Assembly (NCBI GenBank): GCA_963821525.1
Contig: CAWGED010000004.1
Coordinates: 32,001-96,000 of the forward strand
From: an uncultured Gemmatimonadales bacterium
GTDB lineage: Bacteria; Gemmatimonadota; Gemmatimonadetes; Gemmatimonadales; GWC2-71-9
Length of the DNA: 64,000 nucleotides
Reading direction: 5' to 3'
Shown here: one piece after another, positions 39,860 through 47,205 of the stretch
How the letters are laid out: the number at the start of each line of letters is the position of its first letter
How positions within the stretch are numbered: the stretch's first letter is position 1
Translations under genes and position numbers: made by a program
The notes under the pieces: model-generated
The model's database searches: none
Told to the model about the DNA's origin: nothing
What the model saw: the letters and a program-made list of their open reading frames with translations, nothing else

Positions 39860-42800
39860 ATGGATACCGATTCCCTCGACGCGGTACTCCAGAGTCTCCC
39901 GGTGCTCGGCGGTCTTCCGCACGATGTGCGGGAAATCGTGGTCGCCAGTTTCGTCCCTGCCAGCTACACCTTTGGCCAGGCCATCGTCCAAGAAGGCGAT
40001 GCATCTGACGCGCTGTACGTACTGGTCTCCGGCCGGGTGCGGATGGTCAAGCGGGGAGAGAACGGAGACGAGATCTCCCTCGGCGCGCTCCGGCCCGGGG
40101 AGACCTTCGGCGAAGGCGGCTTCAGCGACCACACGGTCCATCCTGCCACCGTGCGAGCCAGCGGGGACGTGGAGGTGGTCCGCCTCGATCGATCGGTCTT
40201 CGACGCGCTCCTCCGGCGGCGGCCCGAGGTGCGCCAGTTTTTCGAGCTTCAGTCCCGCCTCCGCAACCTGCAGTTCTTCTTCCGGCAATTCACCGTCTTC
40301 GCGAAACTCCCGCCCGAAGCTCTGAACGACCTGCTCGCCAACCTGGAACCGATCGAGTATCGCAAGGGCGACGTGGTCATCCGCGAGGGGGATCCTCCCG
40401 GCCCGATGTACATCATCGAAGAGGGTCGCTGCCGGATCCACGTCGGAGTGGACGGCCGGCGCCGCAACGTCGCGTTCCTGAGGCGAGGGGAGTTCTTCGG
40501 CGAGTTGTCGGTGATCCGCGATGTGCCGCGGGATTCAACCGTCGAGGCGGTGACCCAGTGCCGCCTGCTGCGGCTCACCCGGGAGACATACCAGGAGCTC
40601 CTGGAGCAGCACCAGGCCTTCCGGGACGAGATCGAAGGGCGTGTCGCGCAGTACGATTTCATGCATACGGCGCAGATCCCGATCGACATGTTCCGGGAGA
40701 TGCTGCCAGCCGATGCGTCGGTGCTCAGCAAGGTGGGAGACGACCAGGTCGACCAGGACCTGACGCGCATGTGGGCGATCCCGCCTCGTCCCGAGCCCGC
40801 CCAGGCTGGAGCGGAACCCGCCCCCGCCCCCGAGCCGGAGGTAGCCCCCTTCGCCGACGATGAAGGGCGCTTCGTCAAGCGAAAGAAACGGATCCGCAAG
40901 TTCCCCCACGTCTTGCAGATCGACGAGATGGATTGTGGGGCGGCGAGCCTGGCGATCGTATGCCGGCACTACGGCAAGGCAGTGAGTCTCGCGCGGATTC
41001 GTCAGCTCAGCCACACCAGCCTCGATGGGACCAGTCTCCGGGCGATCTGCCAGTCCGCGACTGAACTGGGACTCGCTGCCCGGGCGGTGAAGGCCTCAGT
41101 CACCAACCTGGCCCAGATGCCGCTCCCCGCCATCGTGCATTGGGACGGTAATCACTGGGTGGTGCTGTACGATGTGGATGAGACCCACGTCAGGGTTTCC
41201 GACCCGTCCAGTGGCCGGCGCCGGCTCACTCGAGCGGACTTCGAGGCAAAATGGAGCGGCTACGCGGCACTGTTCGATTACACCACCGAGTTCGAGAAGA
41301 ACAAGGAGACCAAACTCGGGATCGCCTGGCTGCTCCCCTTTTTCAAGCCACACCGGGCCCTGCTCCTCCAAGCCGTCGGCCTGGCGCTCATCGTGAGTCT
41401 GCTCCAGATGGTCATCCCGGTCTTTACCCAGGTCATTGTGGACCGGGTCCTGGTCGAGCGCGATCTCAACCTGCTCAACATCCTGATCGCAGGAATGGGC
41501 GGGGTGATCGTCTTCACCCTGCTGGCCACGGTCATCCAGCGCTACCTCCTCAGCTTTGCCGCAGTCCGGGTCGACTCGGCAACGCTCGACTTCCTCACCC
41601 GGAGGCTGCTGAGCCTCCCGATGAACTACTTCAATACCCGGCGCACCGGGGACATCCAGCGCCGGCTACAGGGGATCTGGCTGGTCCGCGAGTTTCTGGT
41701 AGAGCACGGCGTAGCAGGGCTCACCGCCACCGCTCAGCTGTTGGCCTCGGTCGGCTTGATGCTGGTGTACAGCCCGCTGCTGACGCTGGTCTTCCTGTCC
41801 ACGGTGCCGCTGTTCGTCCTGCTGATGCGCTACTCCTCGAGCTGGCTTTTCCCGCTCTACTCCGAGCTGGAGGAATCGCACGGGAAGTACCAGTCCTTCC
41901 AGATCGATGCCATCAAGGGCATCGAGACGGTGAAATCCCTGGGCGCCGAGTCTGCCTTCCGGGACCTGATGCTGGCCCAATTCAACGGCGTCGCCCGCAA
42001 GCGATTCAAGGCGGATTTCACCCTGATGACCTACAACGGTTCCATCTACACGGTGACGCTGCTGTCCGTGGTGCTGTTCCTCATGGTGGGTGCCTACCAG
42101 GTGATGAACGGGCGGCTGTCGATCGGCGGGCTGGTGGCGTTCAACTCTCTGGTGGCGCTGGCCAATGCCCCGCTTCTCACCTTGCTCACCCTGTGGGACA
42201 ATCTTCAGCAGGCCACGGTCTACCTGAACCGGCTGGACGACATCTTCCAGCAGGAGCCGGAGCAGGGCGAGGATCGCTCGCGCCTCCTGCCGGTGAAGTC
42301 TCTCGAGGGGAGGATCAGTCTCCGCCACTTGGGCTTCCGCTATGGTGGTCCCGAGTCTCCCCCGATTCTGGATGACATCACCTTCGACGTTCCACCCAAC
42401 ACCATGGTGGCGATCGTCGGCCGCAGCGGATGTGGGAAGACCACCCTGATCAAATGTCTGGCCGGGCTGCTGGAGCCGACTGAGGGGACCATCCTCTACG
42501 ACGGGGTGGACCTCAAGTCCCTCAACTACCGGGATCTCCGGCGGAAGATCGGGTTCGTGCTGCAGGAGAATCACCTGTTCGACGACAGCATCGCCCGTAA
42601 CATCGGCTTTGGCGAGGAGGAGCCCGACTTCGACGACGTCATGTGGGCGGCCCAGACCGCTAACGCGCGGGAGTTTATCGAGCGGCTCCCGATGGGGTAT
42701 GACACCCGGATCGGGGAGTCGGGCATTGGCCTTTCGGGCGGGCAGAAGCAGCGCATCGCGATTGCGCGGGCCATCTACACCCGGCCTCCGGTCCTCATCT

Positions 42801-43039
42801 TCGACGAGGCTACCAGCGCGCTCGACGCCGAATCGGAACGCGCGGTAAAGGAGAACATCGATCAGCTGCTCGAGGGGCGCACCTCGTTCGTGATCGCCCA
42901 CCGGCTCAGCACCGTGCGCGATGCCGACGTGATCCTGGTGCTGGAGAAGGGCCGGCTGGTCGAGAGTGGCACCCATGATGATCTGATGAATCGCCAGGGG
43001 CTCTACTACTTCCTGGTCAGCCAGCAGTTGGGACTGTGA
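39860..43039 (+). CDS. Peptidase-containing ABC transporter: two cNMP-binding domains, C39 peptidase, TMD and NBD
   Basis: Two FGE-type cNMP domains. C39 QIDEMDCG, HWVV and DP. Walker A GRSGCGKTT, LSGGQ and DEATS. Confidence 0.95.
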   Translation: MDTDSLDAVLQSLPVLGGLPHDVREIVVASFVPASYTFGQAIVQEGDASDALYVLVSGRVRMVKRGENGDEISLGALRPGETFGEGGFSDHTVHPATVRASGDVEVVRLDRSVFDALLRRRPEVRQFFELQSRLRNLQFFFRQFTVFAKLPPEALNDLLANLEPIEYRKGDVVIREGDPPGPMYIIEEGRCRIHVGVDGRRRNVAFLRRGEFFGELSVIRDVPRDSTVEAVTQCRLLRLTRETYQELLEQHQAFRDEIEGRVAQYDFMHTAQIPIDMFREMLPADASVLSKVGDDQVDQDLTRMWAIPPRPEPAQAGAEPAPAPEPEVAPFADDEGRFVKRKKRIRKFPHVLQIDEMDCGAASLAIVCRHYGKAVSLARIRQLSHTSLDGTSLRAICQSATELGLAARAVKASVTNLAQMPLPAIVHWDGNHWVVLYDVDETHVRVSDPSSGRRRLTRADFEAKWSGYAALFDYTTEFEKNKETKLGIAWLLPFFKPHRALLLQAVGLALIVSLLQMVIPVFTQVIVDRVLVERDLNLLNILIAGMGGVIVFTLLATVIQRYLLSFAAVRVDSATLDFLTRRLLSLPMNYFNTRRTGDIQRRLQGIWLVREFLVEHGVAGLTATAQLLASVGLMLVYSPLLTLVFLSTVPLFVLLMRYSSSWLFPLYSELEESHGKYQSFQIDAIKGIETVKSLGAESAFRDLMLAQFNGVARKRFKADFTLMTYNGSIYTVTLLSVVLFLMVGAYQVMNGRLSIGGLVAFNSLVALANAPLLTLLTLWDNLQQATVYLNRLDDIFQQEPEQGEDRSRLLPVKSLEGRISLRHLGFRYGGPESPPILDDITFDVPPNTMVAIVGRSGCGKTTLIKCLAGLLEPTEGTILYDGVDLKSLNYRDLRRKIGFVLQENHLFDDSIARNIGFGEEEPDFDDVMWAAQTANAREFIERLPMGYDTRIGESGIGLSGGQKQRIAIARAIYTRPPVLIFDEATSALDAESERAVKENIDQLLEGRTSFVIAHRLSTVRDADVILVLEKGRLVESGTHDDLMNRQGLYYFLVSQQLGL

Positions 43040-43049
43040 GTCAATTCAC

Positions 43050-43136
43050 GAATGGCAGAATGGAGGAATGGCGGAATGAGTCGTCAGCGCGCGCACCACC
43101 ATTCCGCCATTCCGCCATTCACTCATTCGACCATTT
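43050..43136. repeat. Inverted octamer repeats GAATGGCG / CGCCATTC within the export operon
   Basis: Seen directly between the ABC transporter and HlyD genes. Confidence 0.75.
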
Positions 43137-43141
43137 GAGAG

Positions 43142-44356
43142 ATGCCCGACGAATCCGCTCAACCCTACCTCGACACCACACCACCCCACTGGGTGGCGCG
43201 GGGGTTGGCGCACGTCATCATCGCCGCCTTTGCGCTGACTCTGGTAGCGGCGGTTCTGGTGAAGGTGCCCGAGACAGTCTCGGGACCTTTTACCCTGGTG
43301 CCGATCCGGGGAACCGATCCGGTACGGGCGGTGAAGAGCGGGGTGCTGGTCGAGGTGCGCGTCGCCGAAGGCGACAACGTGACCCGCGGCTCGACCCTCT
43401 TCCTCCTCCGCTCTGCCAGCATGAGCGATCGGGCGGCGGACCGGCTCACGCTCGAAAGCCAGTTGCGGGCTAATGAGCAGCGGCTGACCATCCTCAAGAG
43501 CCAGTATGACACCCGCAAGCGCTCGGATGAGGCAGAGGGGCGGCGGCTGCAGAACCGGATCCAGTTTCTCGAGGGGCTGATCACCTCCAAGAGCAAGCGC
43601 TTGGCCCTCACGAAGATGCTGGCAGATAGCTCCTCTTCCGGCGCCAAGCGGGGAGCAATCGGCCAACTCGAAGCGAGCAGGTTGGAGCTGGAATACAGCA
43701 CCCTCCAGGAAGAGGTTGACGGGGCGCGGAACGATCTCGCCGAGGCGAGATCCGACATTACCAGGCTGGAGGAGGACGGCAAGGCGAGGGACCTGGAATA
43801 CGAAGAGACCCGGCGAGGCCTTACCGAAGCCATCGAGGCCGGCCGGATCCGGGCCACGTCTCTCCAGCGGGATCTGGTCAATGCCACGGAGGGCGGCTTC
43901 TCGGTGATGGCCCCTTGCGACGGTGCGGTGCTGCGGTTGCACGTCAATGCGCCCGGGGCGGTGGTGCAGGAAGGGGACATTCTGAGCGAGATGGGTTGCG
44001 CCGGAGACCGCCTCCGGGGTGAGCTGCTCGTTCCGGAAGCCGGAGTTGCCCAGATTCGGCCGGGTCAGGGGGTCAAGCTCCGCTACGACGCCTTCCCCTA
44101 TCAGCGCTATGGCGTGCGGTTTGCCACCGTACGATGGCTGGGACCCGCCGGGTCGACCGCCCGGGACAGCGGAGAATTCCGCGCCCTGGTCGATCTGGCC
44201 GACGATTCCATCCGGGTCCACGGCCAGCTGCAGGCCTTGCTGCCCGGCATGGGTGGGCGCGCCGATATCGTGGTCGGCAGGCGATCCCTGATGAGCTACG
44301 CCTTCGAGCCGATTCGCGCCTTGCGGGAAAACTTCGCGGAGCCACCCCCTCGATGA
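43142..44356 (+). CDS. HlyD family secretion membrane-fusion protein
   Basis: N-terminal TM segment, biotinyl-lipoyl halves, coiled coil, DAFPYQRYG and LLPGM. Confidence 0.9.
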   Translation: MPDESAQPYLDTTPPHWVARGLAHVIIAAFALTLVAAVLVKVPETVSGPFTLVPIRGTDPVRAVKSGVLVEVRVAEGDNVTRGSTLFLLRSASMSDRAADRLTLESQLRANEQRLTILKSQYDTRKRSDEAEGRRLQNRIQFLEGLITSKSKRLALTKMLADSSSSGAKRGAIGQLEASRLELEYSTLQEEVDGARNDLAEARSDITRLEEDGKARDLEYEETRRGLTEAIEAGRIRATSLQRDLVNATEGGFSVMAPCDGAVLRLHVNAPGAVVQEGDILSEMGCAGDRLRGELLVPEAGVAQIRPGQGVKLRYDAFPYQRYGVRFATVRWLGPAGSTARDSGEFRALVDLADDSIRVHGQLQALLPGMGGRADIVVGRRSLMSYAFEPIRALRENFAEPPPR

Positions 44357-45372
44357 ATGAACCTGGCGTCAACGGTGAACGCCAACGGGAGTGGCACCAC
44401 ACGCTCGAGGATTTCCAGAGCGACGACGAGCCCATGGCCACCTGCCTCGGGCTCGCCCGGATCGCGGCCCGTACCGAGCTGCCGATCCTCATCCTGGGAG
44501 AGACCGGCACCGGGAAGACCCTGCTCGCCCGGGCCGTTCACAACTCCTCCCGCCGCTCAACCCATCCCTTCATCGCCTTCAACTCCGCCGCCCTGAGCGA
44601 TACCCTCCTCGACAGCCAGCTGTTCGGCCATGAGAAGGGAGCCTTCACCGGCGCGATTCGGAGGGTCAAGGGGAAGTTCGAGCTGGCGGATCACGGGACG
44701 CTGTTCCTCGACGAGATCGCGGACATGAGCCCGGCGGCACAGGCCAAGATCCTGCGCGCCGTCGAGTATGGCGAATTCGAACGCCTCGGCAGCGAGCAAC
44801 TGCTCCAGGCCGATGTGCGGCTTATCTCGGCGACTCACCTGCCGCTGGCCCGTTATCTGGAGACCGACCACTTTCGGAAGGACCTGTTCTACCGGATCAG
44901 CGGGATCACCCTCAGGCTCCCTTCGCTGCGGCAACGCCCCAACGATCTCCGCACCATCATGGCCGCCGCGATCGCCACGGCCAGCGCGGCGCTCAACAAG
45001 TCGATCGTTGGGCTGAGCCGGCCCGCCGCTGACCGGCTCCTGAGCTATGACTGGCCGGGGAACCTTCGGGAACTCCAGCGGGTGATTCACACCGCCGTCG
45101 CGATCACCGAGGGTGAAGTGATCCCACCGGAGGCGATCCTCCTGGGAACCTCGGTGGAAGCGGTCCACGCCGAAGAAACCAACGGCACGGGAGACCACCC
45201 GACGCCGAGTTCCGCGCTCATTGCCGCTCCTCCTTCGGACCTCTCCCTCCGGGCCGCCGAGTTGCGGCACATCCATGCAGTCCTGGATTCCTATCACGGC
45301 AACAAGCGCCGGGCGGCCCGGGCCCTCGGCCTCTCTCGCTCCACCCTGGATCGGAAGCTTCACGGGGAGTGA
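44353..45372 (+). CDS. Sigma-54 enhancer-binding protein (AAA+ and Fis HTH) lacking a regulatory domain
   Basis: GETGTGKT, LFGHEKGAFTGA, FLDEI, WPGNLREL and HTH NKRRAARALGLSRSTL. ATGA overlap with hlyD. Confidence 0.92.
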   Translation: MNEPGVNGERQREWHHTLEDFQSDDEPMATCLGLARIAARTELPILILGETGTGKTLLARAVHNSSRRSTHPFIAFNSAALSDTLLDSQLFGHEKGAFTGAIRRVKGKFELADHGTLFLDEIADMSPAAQAKILRAVEYGEFERLGSEQLLQADVRLISATHLPLARYLETDHFRKDLFYRISGITLRLPSLRQRPNDLRTIMAAAIATASAALNKSIVGLSRPAADRLLSYDWPGNLRELQRVIHTAVAITEGEVIPPEAILLGTSVEAVHAEETNGTGDHPTPSSALIAAPPSDLSLRAAELRHIHAVLDSYHGNKRRAARALGLSRSTLDRKLHGE

Positions 45373-45376
45373 GCCA

Positions 45377-45424
45377 GTCTCGTCCTGGGACTACGGTGCC
45401 ATGCTGGGACCAACATTGGTTTCA
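45377..45424. promoter_or_regulatory. Candidate bEBP upstream activating sequences (AGTCTC-N5-GGGACT and TGGGAC-N8-GTTTCA)
   Basis: Imperfect palindromes conserved in copy 2 (46413-46462), about 85-140 bp upstream of the -24 box. Confidence 0.55.
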
Positions 45425-45506
45425 GATTGGGCCCCTCAGCGCAGTCGCTCTCCAGCCTGATTCGGGAACTCGTGCTGCAGACTCAACTTGCAGTTTGGTT
45501 CAGTTG

Positions 45507-45521
45507 CGGCACGCCACCTGC
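45507..45521 (+). promoter_or_regulatory. Sigma-54 -24/-12 promoter CGGCACGCCACCTGC
   Basis: GG-N10-GC with a GGCACG core, conserved in both copies, next to the bEBP gene. Confidence 0.75.
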
Positions 45522-45603
45522 CTAAGAAGCGGTCCATCAGGCCGGAGCCGCCGGCCGCGATCAACTCTCTGCTTCAACATCGCAAGTTCACTCAGGAGGA
45601 TGT

Positions 45604-45720
45604 ATGGCTGCCAAGAAGAGCCTCAAGGTCAAGGACCTTCCCCGCAAGGCAATCGACTCGAAGAAGGCGGCCAATGTGAAGGGTGGATACACGAAGTTTA
45701 CCAAGCCTCGCACGCCGTGA
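45604..45720 (+). CDS. Double-glycine peptide A1 MAAKKSLKVKDLPRKAIDSKKAANVKGG|YTKFTKPRTP
   Basis: AGGAGG RBS, VKGG motif, and a paralog in copy 2. Confidence 0.85.
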   Translation: MAAKKSLKVKDLPRKAIDSKKAANVKGGYTKFTKPRTP

Positions 45721-45777
45721 AGAGCGAATCGATTGAAGCGTAGTGACCGGACGTATTTTCCCCCTCGAGGAGGAAGT

Positions 45778-45894
45778 ATGACGAGCAAGGACAAAGAAGT
45801 TCGCGATCTGCCCGAGCGTAAGATCCCCGACAACAAGGCGGATCAGGTCAAGGGCGGCGCCATTGCCACGGCGAAACCCAAGAACTCGCTGTAA
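45778..45894 (+). CDS. Double-glycine peptide B1 MTSKDKEVRDLPERKIPDNKADQVKGG|AIATAKPKNSL
   Basis: GAGGAGG RBS, VKGG motif, and a paralog in copy 2. Confidence 0.85.
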   Translation: MTSKDKEVRDLPERKIPDNKADQVKGGAIATAKPKNSL

Positions 45895-45907
45895 GGCAGC
45901 CCATCCA

Positions 45908-45941
45908 GCGATCCCCGTTTGGCCACCCCGACGGGGATCGC
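45908..45941 (+). terminator. 11-bp hairpin GCGATCCCCGT...ACGGGGATCGC between B1 and C1 (no U-tract)
   Basis: Perfect stem, conserved in copy 2 with a different loop. Confidence 0.55.
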
Positions 45942-45970
45942 CGGCCCTCTGATCAAACAGGAACTGGCCC

Positions 45971-46108
45971 ATGACACCCCAGCAGGACCGTAAAGCCCAA
46001 AAGGATGAGAGAGCCGCCGATGAGGTGATTCGGCTGGAAGATCTCGCGCCGCGCGGGGACATCAAAGGCGGAGCCAAGCTTCGCTTCGGCGAAGCGGCGG
46101 CGAAGTAA
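45971..46108 (+). CDS. Double-glycine peptide C1 MTPQQDRKAQKDERAADEVIRLEDLAPRGDIKGG|AKLRFGEAAAK
   Basis: EDL...IKGG motif and a paralog in copy 2. Confidence 0.75.
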   Translation: MTPQQDRKAQKDERAADEVIRLEDLAPRGDIKGGAKLRFGEAAAK

Positions 46109-46160
46109 CCGCGCGGACACTCTTCGGGCGGTTGATCTTCCAGGGAAGGAACCTCAGCCA

Positions 46161-46253
46161 TCAGCGACTCGCGGTGAGTCGCGTGAGTGCCCGCGCGGCT
46201 GCCGCACGACGCAGTATCAGCAGGGAATCAGCCTTCTCCCACGCCCGCACTAC
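46161..46253 (-). pseudogene. 3' stub of a homolog of the BTAD-TPR gene (matches 47206-47298)
   Basis: Reads VVRAWEKADSLLILRRAAAARALTRLTASR* versus VVRAWEKADSLLIPRRAGAARALTRLTASR*. Confidence 0.85.
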
Positions 46254-46549
46254 CTCTCCCTTCGAAATTTCCCCGAATAGCTGATTGCGGTGCGGCGCCC
46301 AATAAATCCATCCTCAGGCTGAACCGACCGGCTGGCCCGTGGCCTCGTCCTCCCGCTCCACCCTCGACCGCAAGCTTCACGGGGATAACCGACGCGGAGT
46401 CCGGAGTCTTGCAGTCTCGTCCTGAGACTACGGGCCCGATGTTGGGACCAGCGTTGGTTTCAGATTCGAACCGCCAGCTCCAACCGAGATCGGGCGCTCA
46501 GGACGGGAAGTGAGGATCACTGACTTGACTTGCGATTTCCTCTCCGGTG

Positions 46550-46564
46550 CGGCACGCGGTCTGC
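46550..46564 (+). promoter_or_regulatory. Sigma-54 -24/-12 promoter CGGCACGCGGTCTGC
   Basis: GG-N10-GC. It differs from copy 1 only in spacer positions. Confidence 0.75.
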
Positions 46565-46647
46565 TTTAGAAGCGGTCACAAGGCCGGAGCCGCCGGCCGA
46601 GAGCAACTCTCCCGCTCCAACCCGCAGTTCAAATTTCAGGAGGATGT

Positions 46648-46764
46648 ATGGCCGCCAAGAAGAGCCCCAAGGTTAAGGATCTGCCCCGGAAGGCGATTGA
46701 CCCCAAGAAGGCGGCCAACGTCAAGGGTGGATTGATCCAGCGGCAGAAGCCCCGCAAGCCGTAA
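46648..46764 (+). CDS. Double-glycine peptide A2 MAAKKSPKVKDLPRKAIDPKKAANVKGG|LIQRQKPRKP
   Basis: AGGAGG RBS. Leader 26/28 identical to A1. Confidence 0.85.
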   Translation: MAAKKSPKVKDLPRKAIDPKKAANVKGGLIQRQKPRKP

Positions 46765-46824
46765 TAACTGAGCGACCGACTGTAGCGAAGTGACCGGACG
46801 TATTTTCCCCCTCGAGGAGGAAGT

Positions 46825-46941
46825 ATGACGAGCAAGGACAAGGAAGTTCGCGATCTGCCCGAGCGTAAGATCCCCAACACGAAGGCGGATCAGGTCAAGG
46901 GCGGCTCCGTTGCGACGACGCTGAAGAAGCCGACCCGGTAA
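46825..46941 (+). CDS. Double-glycine peptide B2 MTSKDKEVRDLPERKIPNTKADQVKGG|SVATTLKKPTR
   Basis: GAGGAGG RBS. Leader 25/27 identical to B1. Confidence 0.85.
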   Translation: MTSKDKEVRDLPERKIPNTKADQVKGGSVATTLKKPTR

Positions 46942-46955
46942 GGCAAACCCTTCCA

Positions 46956-46989
46956 GCGATCCCCGTTGGCCACTTCCGACGGGGATCGC
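46956..46989 (+). terminator. Hairpin between B2 and C2
   Basis: Same 11-bp stem as in copy 1. Confidence 0.55.
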
Positions 46990-47018
46990 CGGCCCTCCGA
47001 TCAAGTAGGATCTGGCGT

Positions 47019-47180
47019 ATGACACCCCAGAACCGTAAACCCCAGAAGGAAGAGAAAGCCGCCGATGATGTCATTCGGCTGGAGGATCTCGCGCCTCGCG
47101 GGGACATAAAAGGCGGAGCCAAGCTTCGCTTCGGTGAATCGACAGCGAAAAAGCCGCGCGGTCGCTCCCTGGGAGGCTGA
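47019..47180 (+). CDS. Double-glycine peptide C2 MTPQNRKPQKEEKAADDVIRLEDLAPRGDIKGG|AKLRFGESTAKKPRGRSLGG
   Basis: AGGA RBS. Paralog of C1. Confidence 0.75.
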   Translation: MTPQNRKPQKEEKAADDVIRLEDLAPRGDIKGGAKLRFGESTAKKPRGRSLGG

Positions 47181-47205
47181 TTTCCAGGGAGGGAAACCCG
47201 GCCGA

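Larger units (their letters stand above)
45335..46253 (+). repeat. Peptide cassette copy 1 (tandem direct repeat, offset about 1.04 kb)
   Basis: Collinear similarity with 46351-47298 over the upstream sites, promoter, three ORFs, hairpin and flanking gene ends. Confidence 0.9.

Noticed and set aside
45592..47025. Minus-strand ORFs over the cassette (45592-46161, 46636-47025, 45588-45836, 46629-46880)
   Set aside because: The RBSs, sigma-54 promoters and codon-level conservation all support the short plus-strand ORFs instead.
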